A DNA stretch of 62,789 nucleotides, filler included, from Stramenopiles sp. TOSAG23-6 (taxonomy: Eukaryota), in NCBI GenBank assembly GCA_900128565.1. It is 15 parts of 15 records of this genome, joined end to end, with 100 filler letters (N's around TTAATTAATTAA, not from the genome) between each part and the next. Parts side by side here need not be neighbours in the genome. Positions count along the whole stretch, not along the records: positions 50,364 to 54,440 come from LT637274.1; positions 54,541 to 58,617 come from LT637275.1; positions 58,718 to 62,789 come from LT637276.1; 12 more parts are not named here. One strand, 5' to 3'. Below the pieces are notes generated by a model that saw only the letters and a program-made list of their open reading frames with translations, had not been told where the DNA came from and made no database searches. The position numbers were made by a program, and so were the translations under genes. Shown piece after piece: positions 50,885-62,789 of this stretch. How positions within the stretch are numbered: the first letter of the stretch is position 1; the number at the start of each line of letters is the position of its first letter.

Positions 50885-51115
50885 ACTAAAGTTCTATTCC
50901 AAAAATGGAGTGGAAATCTCATTTAAGTGTTTTTTTTATTTTATAGTATGTTAGGCACATCAATAGCCTTTTCAGGATCAAATAACTTTTTCTAATTTGA
51001 TCGGCCGGCGATAAGAAGAAAATAAAACTTTTGAAGAAAAATTGGTTTTAATTGTTTTGTATTTTGGTTCAAAATTTTTCTTAACTTTAAAACGGACGAT
51101 GTAAAAGAAATTATT

Positions 51116-52714
51116 TCATCTCCACCAATCTGAAAAAAAATCCATGTCACTTGATGAAGCACTGTAACTAGTTACACCTGGGGTACCATAAGCATGCATG
51201 CCACCAGCGATAATGGCAAGGTCCGTATAATCAGACGTACGATCTCGTGCTACTGGTTCCGTTGCTTTTTTCTTTTTTTGCTGTTGCTTCGTTCTAGGAC
51301 TCAAATTCTTTCCAACTTTCTCTGTTCGTTCAGCTGTTGTTGCACCACCACCTTCTTTATTGTCTTCTTCGACTTTTTGTTCTTCAACTGGAACTGGAGC
51401 AGTACTACCAGCACTTTCTCTATTGTCTTCTTCGACTTTGACAACGTCTTCATCTGATGAATCTTCTTCTAGTTCTCCACCTTCTTTGCCTTCTTCTTCA
51501 CCACCTTCTTCGCCACCTTCACCACCTTCTTCACCATCACCTTCTGCTTCGTCGAAATTACCTGATACATCACCTGATGAATCCTCTTCTAGTTCTCCAC
51601 CTTCTTTGCCTTCTTCTTCAACTTCTTCTTCGCCACCTTCTTCAACTTCTTCACCAGAACCTTCTTTACCTTCTTCTTCCCCACCAACTTCTTCAATACC
51701 TCCTTCTTCGTTGAAATTACCTGATGAATCTTCTTCTAGTTCTACAGCTTCAGGATTAACACCTTCTTCAAAGTAATCTTCGTCGTCAACGTCGCCTGAG
51801 GAATCTTCAGGAAGATTACTTGAAAGCAAACGAGTATATTTAGCAACATCACTGTCATCTTCTAGTTTATAAGGAATCTCTAGCTCTTTGTTTAGCTTCT
51901 TAATCATCTTCTCTTGAGCTAGAAACCTCGTTTTTGCATCATGTACCCTCTGTCGGGCTACTTTTTGCATAGAGTGCGAATTTTCGATATTTTGTTGTTT
52001 ACGTTTTACATTTTCTTCAAACAATTTTAATTTCAATCTACATATAATTTCTTTTTTTTTAGACTTCAGTATTAATACTTTTACTCGCTTCTTATTTATC
52101 TCAAACTGAATTAACATATTAGCATACTTCAAACGCTGGGCATATTGAGTAGTTGTAGTTTTGCCAATATGAGTCTTTAATCCCATCATGTTTTTGTCTA
52201 TATTCTCGATAATTTTTTCTAATGTACCAGTATCATGTTTTTGTTTTTCAATTTCGTTGATAATGCTTTGTCTTCTATTTTCAATTGCAGAAAGAAATGA
52301 GTCAATTTCGCTTTTTGATTTTTCTTCAAAAGCTTCATCAACCAGCGATATAAAATCGTGTATTTTTCTTATTTGTAAAGTTTTTGCTGGTGCCTCTACT
52401 GATTTGTATATTGATCCAAATAATGATATACTATCTTTAGAGGATACATTTGCATCATTTTCAACGGATGTCACTTCCCCTGGAGACTCGTCGTTTTCTT
52501 CTACTTCAAGAGCTTCCTCTTCGATTCCAAGAACTTCTCTACCCACTTTTTTTACAGTGTCTCTAATTGAAGAAATACCGTCAATATGGTTCACTTTTTT
52601 AAGTGCTCTTGTCAAATCAAAATACATAGAACTTATTTCATCGCTAGAGATTACGGAGTCATGAAACATGGTTGCAAGTATTACGACACATATAACTAAT
52701 CTTATACGAACCAT
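51116..52714 (-). CDS. Secreted coiled-coil protein with E/G-rich repeats
   Basis: Signal-like MVRIRLVICVVILATMF; acidic repeats at about 51455-51810. Confidence 0.7.
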   Translation of the reverse strand: MVRIRLVICVVILATMFHDSVISSDEISSMYFDLTRALKKVNHIDGISSIRDTVKKVGREVLGIEEEALEVEENDESPGEVTSVENDANVSSKDSISLFGSIYKSVEAPAKTLQIRKIHDFISLVDEAFEEKSKSEIDSFLSAIENRRQSIINEIEKQKHDTGTLEKIIENIDKNMMGLKTHIGKTTTTQYAQRLKYANMLIQFEINKKRVKVLILKSKKKEIICRLKLKLFEENVKRKQQNIENSHSMQKVARQRVHDAKTRFLAQEKMIKKLNKELEIPYKLEDDSDVAKYTRLLSSNLPEDSSGDVDDEDYFEEGVNPEAVELEEDSSGNFNEEGGIEEVGGEEEGKEGSGEEVEEGGEEEVEEEGKEGGELEEDSSGDVSGNFDEAEGDGEEGGEGGEEGGEEEGKEGGELEEDSSDEDVVKVEEDNRESAGSTAPVPVEEQKVEEDNKEGGGATTAERTEKVGKNLSPRTKQQQKKKKATEPVARDRTSDYTDLAIIAGGMHAYGTPGVTSYSASSSDMDFFSDWWR

Positions 52715-53046
52715 CTTTTTTACACAAGCTTTAATGGGAGGAGGAGAAGAAAATAATGAAATTTTGAAATTTCGAAATTTAACAATTTTGTCGTCATCGT
52801 CATCAGATCTCATGAAAATCTCCGAATATTTTTCCAAATAGGGGCTATAAACACAAAAAGCCAGCGCGCGCCACGCCGTTACAATATTGAAGTTGAACAT
52901 CAATTCTTTACATGTGTACACAGATGCGCAATATAGTTTACATTGGCCTTTTTTGCACAATTCCAAAAGTACCATAGAATTTTCATGAAAATAGACGTGT
53001 ACTCCTATTGAATTTCACTTTTATTTATGGCAAAGAGTAATAAGCA

Positions 53047-54359
53047 ATGAATCGTAAAGCACCAGAACATCTGTATTGCCCGCTGACAAGAAAGGTTTTC
53101 GTAGACCCTGTCGTAGCGTCAGATGGAAATACATATGAACGAGCTGCNATTGCAGATTATATGCTTACCAATAACAATTCACCTCTAACCGACGAACCCT
53201 TCTCGCATTCACATTTAACTCAAAATAATATGTGTAAAATGGAGTGTGAATTATACCCCGCTACATATACTATAGAAGAGTTATGGCAGCAAACGTCAAG
53301 CGCCAAAAATGCATCTGAATTACAGGAAGTCTTGAAGAGCATAACAAAAAAGGTCACTGAATCTCGTTCGAATATTATTCATTTACCTAGTGCAAAAAAG
53401 AATATCCAAGATATTTTACAAAATGAATGGATCAATGATGAAATCAGGAATGCCCTTGAGACTTTGGCGGGGTTATTTGATTCTAGATTTTTAGAATGTT
53501 TGGAAGAAAAAGAGGCAGTTGAAAAAATGGTTAAGGTGTCTCATTCTTCAATCGAAACACTATGTACTAATATATCTGAACTGAAACACAAAATTTCAGC
53601 ACTTCATGAATCATTAGAAAAAGCCAGGAAGGTAATTCCGACAGAAAAAAAGATTATTCATGATGCAAATCAAAGAATTTTAGGTGCTCAGGATTATATT
53701 AAAAGTGGTATCGACGCACAGATTGCTGCTACACACTCGATCCAAGCATTAAATATAATGTTGCACAACTTGAGGAAAAATGCACAGACGTTGGAACGTG
53801 ACGAGGTTCTGAAATCCAATGCTATAAAACAATTTGGCGTGGGGGCCAAATATGAAACCAGTGTGGGGGATGCCTCTGCGTTGTTATCTTTCAGTCGCGT
53901 GACGAAAAAAAGAAGTACTACTTCTACTTTTTCATCCTTTACAAAAAAGAAAAAAAAGCGTAGATTAGTCCGGAATAAGAAAAAAGATACGAAATTACCT
54001 GAAATGCTTCTGTATGAATACGGACGTGAGTTGTACTGGGGTGAAAATTTTAGGACTGTTGATAAAGAAGCTGGTCGTGCTGCCATTGAATCCGCAGCAA
54101 TTGCGGAATTGCCAATTGCCATTGCAGAATGCGTTTTAATGGGTTGGAATTGTTTTCAAAAAGATTCTAATAAGGCAATAAAGTTGTTTTCAAAGATTAC
54201 TGATAATCCTTATGCTCAAGTAATGTTAGGACACTGCTATGAAAATGGAAATGGCATTGGTCAGAACGCTGAAAAAGCTTTTGAATTATATGTGAAAGCA
54301 AGTGAAAGTAATTTTCCTTTTGGAACCTTTAGTGTAGGTCGGTGTTATGGAAGTGGCAT
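53047..54359 (+). CDS. U-box, coiled-coil and Sel1-repeat protein (3' truncated at an intron)
   Basis: LYCPLTRKVFVDPVVASDGNTYER...SPLT (U-box); AQVMLGHCYENGNGIGQNAEKAFELY (Sel1). Confidence 0.88.
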
Positions 54360-54540
54360 GTACGTTTTATTTTTTTTTCAATTTCGAATTTTTTTTCGTA
54401 CGAAATTTTGTACCTAACGATTTTTTTTGAAATATTTTTTNNNNNNNNNNNNNNNNNNNNNNNNNNNNNNNNNNNNNNNNNNNNTTAATTAATTAANNNN
54501 NNNNNNNNNNNNNNNNNNNNNNNNNNNNNNNNNNNNNNNN

Positions 54541-57500
54541 TTTTAATTTTTTTTTTCATACGAAATTTTGTACCTAACAAATTTTTTAAATTTTTTTTTA
54601 AATATTAAACAACAATTTATGAATGGGCAATGTTACAATGGCAAAGTTAAATCTTGAAACTTGTGTGACATTTGCACCTGATGATGAAAAGTGTACTAAA
54701 ATGCTACGAGTAATGACAAAACTGGACAAAGAATGGAAAGCTGCGGTACTTTGAAATATTTTTTGAAATTTTTTTTGACATTTTTTTTTCGTACGAAATT
54801 TCATACCTAACAAAAAAAAAAAAAAAAAAAATTTGAAATATTTTTCTACAATTTTAGAAAGCTGCAGAAAGTTCAAATAATTGGAAACTTGCAATTTATC
54901 ATTTGGAAACATTTTTAAATATGCCAGGTTTAGGTACCGGGTTTCCAATTATTCATAAAACACGACATTCTATCAATGAAAAACAGGAAAAAAATCATTC
55001 AAGTCAAAAGACAAAAAATAACCCTAACCCTAACCCCAACCCTATTATCCCTAAAATGCCAAAACATATTCAAAAAATCGTAACTAGACGAATCTGTACG
55101 GCATATGGACGTTGGAGCTACTTACCTGCTCTTGGTTCAGCTGCTCATAATTGTACGCGAGCATTACGCCATGCAACAAGTGCAATGTATGGCCATCAAG
55201 AAGACGCACGAAATGTTGGTACGTTTTTTTTTTTTTTTTTTTTTCATACGAAATTTTGTACCTAACAAATTTTCAAATTTTTTTTTTAAATATTTTTCAC
55301 ATGATTGCTGTTGATGAACGCATTCCAGTAGCTGAACTCTTTCTTGCTCGTTCATGGACAAGATTAGCACGTCGTTTATGGTCCAAAACTAGACAGGATT
55401 TATCAAATGCTAAAAAATTACTTGCATGGGCGAACGATGATTATGAAAATTTAATGTCCTCTTCGAATCAATGGCGAGTTAATGGTGGATATTCAAAACA
55501 GTCTCAAGAAAATTCTGAAAAAAATTTTGAAAAAAATTTTGAAAAAAATTTTGAAGAAAATTATGATGATTCACAACAGAAACAAAATGAACTTCGTACT
55601 TTATCAAATCTTTTAGATTTCCGATTACAATTTTTAGAAAAAGAGACAGATCGTCTTGAAGAGGAAGCAGAACAAGAAGAAGATATGTGTGTTTTATTTT
55701 TTTTTTTTTACAAAAAAATCGAATTTTTTTTTTCGTACGAAATTTTGTACCAAACAATTTTTTTTAGATTTTTTTTGGATTTCAATTTTTTTTTTGTATA
55801 GAATAGTATGTACCTAACAAATTATTTGTTTTTGAATTTTTTTTTACAAAATTGGCATCGTTAATTGCACAATCTGAATTTAATGATGTGTCCAAGAAAA
55901 CGGTAGAAACTTTAGTCAATGCAGAAGAACAAGTAAACTTATTTAAACATCGAATACAGCGTACGTTTTCATTATGAATTTTTTACCTAAATATTTAATT
56001 TTTTTTTTTTTTTTTATAAAAATTTTGTACCTAACAAATTTTTTTAGAATTTAATTATTTTTACAATACATGTCTGATTTTATTGAGCAATAAATACGAA
56101 GTTACAAAACGTAAATCATCTAAAACAATGCTTGAATATATACGACACAATAAAAACAATTTGTAGTAAATCATCTAAAAAAAAAAAAAAATTGCGTCGG
56201 TTTATATTTTATTTATTTTGTTGAACTTTTAAAATAATAAAACACAAAGTTTTTTCAAAATTTCAAAATTGAATATTCTATTTTTTTTTCATACGAAATT
56301 TCGTACCTAAGGATTTTTTTTTCTTATGAAACATTTCGAACACGTTTACAAAATTCCATATGAGCTGGCCAACCCAATTTATGACATTGACCTTTACAAA
56401 ATCTGACCTTTTTACATGCATGTATTGGGGAAAAATATATATTTTTTTTTTTTTAAATTTTTTGTTAGGTACAAAATTTCGTACGAAAAAAAAATAGTTA
56501 AAAAATTGAAAAAAAGTAAAACATGCACAGCGTTTAATTGTAGATTTATGTCCCCAAATTTTACAATAATGACATTGAACTTCACCTTTATGATTTCCAT
56601 GTAATGTGAAAAAAATGTAAAAAAAAATTTACATTTTTGTTAGGTTCAAAATTTTTATAAAAAACCAAAAAAAAAAAAATTAATTTTTTTTGAACATTTG
56701 AAATAATGAGAAACAAAAAATTAAATTTTTTTTGTTTTCTATGAAAATTTCGTATGAAACCAAAAAAAATATTTTTAATTTTTTTTGAACATTTGAAAAT
56801 AATGAGAAACACATACATGATATGCTGCATATTCAGCTAAACGTTTTTGTTTCTCAGTTTCAATATCGCCCTTCTGACACGTGTCATCACTTTGACACGT
56901 GTCATGATCAATCATTTTGTTTTTTTTTATTTGTACTTGTATTGTATCATTTTGTTGTTGTTGTTGTTGTTGTTGTTGTACACCATTAGGGTTAGGGTTT
57001 GAAGGCTCAATAATACAACGATTTGGTTCATTATGATCAATTCCAATCATTTGTTTTTGAGATTTTTTTTGAGATTCAGTAACCCTAACCCTAGTACTAT
57101 GTTGTAAATATTTTTTACAATACTTTTGTATAATACTTGCAGCCCAATTTTTTTCAAACATTCCCAAATCTTTATCAAATGTTTTTTCTTCTCTATTTTC
57201 ATTTTCAAATTCATAATTTTGTTCATTAGGGTTAGGGTTTGTCTTTTTTACTGTTTCATTCAAATTTAAAATTATATTTTTATTTATACAGACTGTTGTT
57301 TTTGTTGTCTTACCATCATTATTTATATGAAATGTTAATAATTCATTACAGTTTTGAAATTTTTCTAAGAAATTTTTAATGATCTAAAGTGTGAAAAAAT
57401 ATTTTTTTTTTTTTTTTTTTTTGGTTAGTACAAAAAAATTTTTTTTTTTTTTTAATTTACAATTTTTGAAACATACATTATTTTTATGAATTTTTTGTGT

Positions 57501-58617
57501 AAGCCACTCAACAGATTTCTTCATCATTTCAGGAACTACAAGTGAACCTACAAAACAAGGATACAAATTATTGTCTTGATTTGCAATGATAATTTTTGGT
57601 GTATTTTTTGTTATATACAGCATTGCATTATAATCAATTTTTACTTCTTGAAAAGTTTCCATCAAAAAAACACGAAAAACATCATTTTTTAAAATTTGAC
57701 CTTCTTCACCACGAAATATTTCTTTTGTAAATAATTTGAATGGCATTCCTTTTTTCTCATCATATATTGTAGAATTTCTATACATTGATGATATGTCCAA
57801 AATTTTTTTTGTAATTTTGTTTTGTAATTCAATTATTGACTTGTCCAGCATTTCTTTTGCAATTTTGTCATTCTCATTCTCAAGCCAAAAATATTCCGCA
57901 GAACATTCTGTACCTAATGGAAACAAATTAAGTATTGACTTTTGAAGAATATCATGTTTGAACTCTTCCCAAGGTAGCCAAGGTAGGTTTAGGGTTTGTT
58001 TGAGATTTTCATTTTGATAATTTTGATTATGTTGATAATTTTGATTTTGTTCATTAGGGTTAGGGTTTATGCCGGGTGGTGGATATGATAAAGGGTTAGG
58101 GTTTATTTGTACACTTGATTCAATATCCAACATTGGCATCATCTCCTGAGTGTCCTGAGTATCCTGAGTTATAGTAGAAATATTATCAGGTACTACTAAC
58201 CCTAACCCTAATGAATCATCATTACACCCTAACCCTAATGAGTCATCATCAATTGTAGCACCTGTAGCCGACGAAGTGACATCTCCTACAACAATTTGTG
58301 GTCTTTGTGGTATTTGTGGTATGGATATTGGTGAATTCACTGCTGCTTCATTCGGTGTACCATGTAGTATACTACTAGGGTTAGGGTTACTAGTAGATTG
58401 TATTTCTTTTTGTACATCTAGGGTTGGGGTTTGTCTCATTTGTTTTTGGTCATTATCAGACAAATCTGCTTTTCCTTGAGTATTTCGAATTACATAATTT
58501 TGTTTTATAATCTCAGAAGCTGCCGTTTTTGAAATATTTTCATACTTTCCTGAAAAAAATTCAACTCGTAACAAATCTATACGATATTCATATTTTGTGA
58601 AAAAATATTTTTTTTTT
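54541..58617. repeat. Alternative haplotype or copy of contig 16833-20933 (TPR and MYND genes)
   Basis: Essentially identical except 24 nt shorter, and locally different, in the (S/F)EKN repeat near 55497-55555. Confidence 0.95.
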
Positions 58618-58770
58618 NNNNNNNNNNNNNNNNNNNNNNNNNNNNNNNNNNNNNNNNNNNNTTAATTAATTAANNNNNNNNNNNNNNNNNNNNNNNNNNN
58701 NNNNNNNNNNNNNNNNNGTACAAAATTTTTATAAAAAAAAAATTCGAATTTGAAAAAAAATAAAACATAC

Positions 58771-60368
58771 ATGGTTTTACACAGCACTGGTAACGTATGT
58801 TGTGAAACTAACCCAGATACAGACACAAATTTTGATCGTGCAAAGGAAGTTGAAGTAAAATCAGATGTTGCTTTACCATTTGGACCACTTAAATTAGTTC
58901 TTTCTCCACCATTACCACCTACTGGGGTAGTCAATTGTTGTATTCGTTGTGCTAATTGAGTAAACATTGACCGAACACGGGGATATTCCGTTGATATTGC
59001 CGTTTTCAAAAAATTTGAGGATTCAAAACTTGTTTTTAATATCTGTGTTAATAATTTACATACATTCACCCATATTAAAGAGAGCATTGAAAGTACAGTT
59101 ACAGTTGCGGACGACTTACTTTGATCAGTTGCTGATGTCGAAGAAATCTCATTTTGACTACATGAAGAAGCACCGATTTGATTTTGCGCGTGACGTAAAA
59201 CAAAATTAATGAAAAAGTCCTGTGTGCTTGGATCCCTCTTCTTGCACAAAATTTTAAAAATCGACCACGTCATTACAATGTGATTAAAGATACAATCACA
59301 GACTTTTTTTAGTCGTTTCCAAAGTAAAAGTCGCCAAGCAGCATCTTCACCTAGAGAAGGATTTAATTTCCCGCGTACAGCTCCGGGCAATGAATTACGA
59401 TGTTCCTTTCTGCCTTTTGATTTATTTCTATTTTCTTTTGCAATTTTTTCAACATCGAGAAGATCTTTTATAAAAACAGATATCTTTTGCGTTAAATGAG
59501 CCATAGCAATATCGACAGCATCTGGAAGCATACCTAAACAAAAGTATATTTGTAAAGAGGCACCAGTGGAAGCATGATTTTTTTTATCCAAACCATTGAG
59601 TAATACACTTTCTGCACCATGACGAACTCGAGCACTGGCTTCCAATATCCAGACACGTTCTTTTTCTACAAAGTTAATTCCGGAAAGAGCAGGGAAATGT
59701 AGAGCCTTCTCCACATCACGGAGATATTGAGCAGCTTTGTACAACTCTCGAGGTTTATATACTACGATACGCTTTTTAGATAATGACTTTCCATTATTTT
59801 TTACCGGCCCACTGACAAGTTTCATCTGTAACTTTAATTTACCTACAGCAAATATAAGTCTGAGTATGCGACGAAGAATTGCGGATACGTTTTGCATCCG
59901 ACGAAGCTGTACGGTTCTTAACTTCATTAACTTAAATGGTTCTAACACGTCAGTATTTATTTTTTGCATTGATGATTGTAACTCAGATACACCCTCAACA
60001 ACTCCTGTGAAGTCGTTTTGTACTTTCTTTACTCGAGTCACACGATCCAACAAAGCTGGTTGATTTACAGACACTAAAGTTTTAATGTCTTTATTTATAG
60101 ACACAAGATATGAATCCAAAGATGAAATACATATTTCCAAACTATTCGCATGATCTAATTCCGCCTTGAACGATGTGTTAGATCGATGAGAGCTACTGCG
60201 ACGTGAGCGTGGCGATAGAGGTTGACCCGAGCTGCCACTCCGAGATCTTTGTTGTGCGTCCTGTGCTAAAATATCTGCAGCAAAAGTATTAGCATCAAAT
60301 TGAGGTCTGAGAAATACAGCAAGGTCTTCATCAGTCTCAATTGAAGAAGCAATTTCAAGAGTATCCAT
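58771..60368 (-). CDS. COG5: Conserved oligomeric Golgi complex subunit 5, first exon
   Basis: FLRPQFDANTFA, LVSVNQPALL and EPFKLMKLRTVQLRRMQNVSAILRRILR are typical of the COG5 N-terminus. Confidence 0.85.
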
Positions 60369-60669
60369 TGTACCTTAGTTTGTTTTGATACAAGTCATTA
60401 CACTGATCTGTCGTGGAAACTACTACTATTTTTTATCATTCTGTTATATAAGAGGAAGGAGTCAAGACTCAAGAGTCAAAAAAGAGCGTCAAAAATTGGC
60501 ATTCATTTTTTGATTTTATTTTTCATTTCGAGTCCGAGTCAGTTCGACTGTTAGGCCTACGTACTACGTAGGGATCTATGATCTCTCAGTACCTTGCTTG
60601 CTCTGAGTCCCATAGCTATTAAGGCTAATTTATAGTTTAAGTATAATACTACTGTGACGAATCAAAAAC

Positions 60670-61467
60670 ATGAGGAAACTTGTACAAATTATAGTGTGGT
60701 TCACTTGCTTTCTGAGTAATAGCTTTGCTTTTGGTAAAGGAATATATTCTAGCAAAAGCGAAGTTCGGTGGTTTACTGACAACGGAGATACAAGAGACGG
60801 CGTTAACATTACCTTTCACTTGGAGAAACAAGATAAACCATACACAATTTACGATGCGATAACAGATTCCCTTGAAATAATTCTCGAGATTCCAGAACAA
60901 TTTCGTAATTATCCCACTAAACTTTTGCGTTGTTGGAAACCAGCAGCTACAAATTTCTTTTTGAAACAAAATAGATTGATCAAAAACCTCAAAGATGTAA
61001 AAAGGATATCTCTCAAATTGTCTGTATCTCTGCCAAAAGACGGAAGGATAGCGACTATCTTTCCACATGACTCCGATCAATTTACTATTTCTCTATCTAT
61101 GGACGAAATTCATTTTTTGTTGTGGTATCCTGGGTCTGAAAGGGTTAACAAACACTCTTGGTGTGCAACGAAAGTAAGAGGTACATTTAAAGGGGGGAGA
61201 AGAAGTACTTATCAATATTTTCCGGTTGTAGAGCTACATAGTGTGTCCCCAATCATCGAAAGCCAAAATTATTTGCGTCAACATAAACGTGCAAAATATA
61301 CTGAGGAAGAGGCATCAAAGGATGTAGTAAAATATACTGAGGAAGAGGCATCAAAGGATTTAGTGTTGAAACGTGTAAAATATACTGAGGAAGAGGCATC
61401 AAAGGATTTAGTCTTTCTCTCTTCTGGAAAAGTTGAAGTTGACCCACCAGACAGTGTTTGGGTTTGA
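60670..61467 (+). CDS. Secreted hypothetical protein with 3 KYTEEEASKD repeats
   Basis: Signal-like N-terminus; repeats at about 61293-61410. Confidence 0.65.
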   Translation: MRKLVQIIVWFTCFLSNSFAFGKGIYSSKSEVRWFTDNGDTRDGVNITFHLEKQDKPYTIYDAITDSLEIILEIPEQFRNYPTKLLRCWKPAATNFFLKQNRLIKNLKDVKRISLKLSVSLPKDGRIATIFPHDSDQFTISLSMDEIHFLLWYPGSERVNKHSWCATKVRGTFKGGRRSTYQYFPVVELHSVSPIIESQNYLRQHKRAKYTEEEASKDVVKYTEEEASKDLVLKRVKYTEEEASKDLVFLSSGKVEVDPPDSVWV

Positions 61468-61683
61468 TTAAAATATTCAATCTCAAATGAAAAAAGTTTC
61501 ATTTATTATTTTACTTATAATACGAATAGATATAGAATGATCTTATTTATACACCAGTACTATGATAATATTGCTTTTATGAATACTATTCACTTATAAA
61601 ATAGTAATTTTTGACACCATTGGAAGAAGGCTATAACAAACGAATCTGCTTTTACAAATTTTTACGTCGGAACGTGATGCTTC

Positions 61684-62789
61684 CTATCCATTGTTGTAGT
61701 TTGGCTTTTCGCCTTTGTTCGTTTCTCCCTCGCTCGTGTCTCCCTCTGTTTCTTCTTTATTTGATTCTTCCTTTTCAGATTTTGCTTCATTTTTTGATTC
61801 TTTTGATGCTTTCTTCGTTTTTTTCTTGGCAATCCCATTTCCCCCCGGACCCGGAGCACCTAGAGATTGTATTTCTCCCATTAATTTCGTTGTCAATTCT
61901 ATTTCTCTCTTAGTTTGAGTCTTTGCTTTTTTTACCAAGTCTTCATACCCTTTCAAAGTCTCTTTTTCCTCTGTGTCTAATGCTTTATTTTCTTTCTCTT
62001 CCGACTTTGTGTCCTTCTTTGGCGTTGGTACTATACTATTTGGTACCATACCAGTCCATCTATTCAGGTCTTTTGTTCTATGAAGGATAAATCGCTTTAA
62101 ATCATAAACTCGGTGAATCAAGCTCTTGATCTGTTGTAGTTTTGAATCAAATTGGAAGTTTCCAAAATTATAATCATGGGTAATTATTGGAAAATTGGCA
62201 AGTACATTATTTACTTCATTCCTAGCGGTAGTGATGTCTCTATGTATACGTGCAGTTTCCAATTGTTTTTGCCTTTGGTATAAAATTGATTTTTGTTGCT
62301 CTAGCATAAATTCTTGATTCGTCAATGATGCAAGTTCTGCCTCTATCCCAGGTTGTTGTATCGCACCGGAAGAACCAAATGCATCATTCATTTCATGTTG
62401 TTGTTGCATTGCACCCATAAAATCAACTGCATCATTCATCCCAGGTACATTTTGATGGAATTCTCCAATACCAGTACCTGCGCCTTTTTGAGAGGATACA
62501 ATGTTGTTCATTGGTAAAATTTGAGTATCAGCCATATTTTGTTGCATCTGTGAAAGCATTTCATTTTCAGCCAAAATATTACTCGATGTATCAGATGTTA
62601 TTGGGCCACCCGGTAACCCAAGTTCTGCTCGACGACGCTTCATCCATGCATCATCCGTTTGTTCTAAATTGCTTATGTCTTGTGAAACTTGTACATCTTT
62701 ATTCATACTCTCTGACTGTGGATATAATTCTGGTACTTGTACATCTTTATTCATACTCTCTGACTGTGGATATAATTCTGGTACTTGTA
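61684..62789 (-). CDS. Hypothetical Q/M-rich coiled-coil protein (5' truncated; 48-nt repeat at contig end)
   Basis: Open frame of at least 356 codons; the VQVPELYPQSESMNKD unit is repeated. Confidence 0.6.
   Translation of the reverse strand, partial: QVPELYPQSESMNKDVQVPELYPQSESMNKDVQVSQDISNLEQTDDAWMKRRRAELGLPGGPITSDTSSNILAENEMLSQMQQNMADTQILPMNNIVSSQKGAGTGIGEFHQNVPGMNDAVDFMGAMQQQHEMNDAFGSSGAIQQPGIEAELASLTNQEFMLEQQKSILYQRQKQLETARIHRDITTARNEVNNVLANFPIITHDYNFGNFQFDSKLQQIKSLIHRVYDLKRFILHRTKDLNRWTGMVPNSIVPTPKKDTKSEEKENKALDTEEKETLKGYEDLVKKAKTQTKREIELTTKLMGEIQSLGAPGPGGNGIAKKKTKKASKESKNEAKSEKEESNKEETEGDTSEGETNKGEKPNYNNG

Overview
This window is not one locus. It is 15 separate contigs of about 4.1 kb, ordered by decreasing length and joined by artificial 100-nt spacers (N44-TTAATTAATTAA-N44). 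The DNA is from an AT-rich microbial eukaryote using the standard genetic code; the lineage cannot be fixed from this sequence. Recognisable gene fragments include DNA-PKcs, REV3 (Pol zeta), a class I-like PI3K, MON2, COG5, CC2D1, an extended synaptotagmin, a PH-PH-TBC RabGAP, SET, U-box/Sel1 and LRR proteins, a very large Cys-rich protein, and an SLX4-like protein with FHA and telobox-Myb domains. The main discovery is the intron system. Dozens of ~90-130 nt introns share one stereotyped layout: GTAYGTTTT donor, palindromic TTCGTACGAAATTTYGTAC, CCTAAC branch point, and AAATATTTTT(Y)CACAATAYAT 3' box. Most end in AT, not AG. I restored the reading frame by hand across 44 non-redundant introns: 36 end in AT, 5 in AG, 2 in TT and 1 in TG. 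Nearby AGs are skipped. Related oddities are a zero-nucleotide exon, candidate GA, GC and AT donors, copies of the intron palindrome inside exons, and many 2-3x TTAGGG tracts inside coding sequence. All splice calls are inferred from reading frame and recalled homology, not from transcripts.
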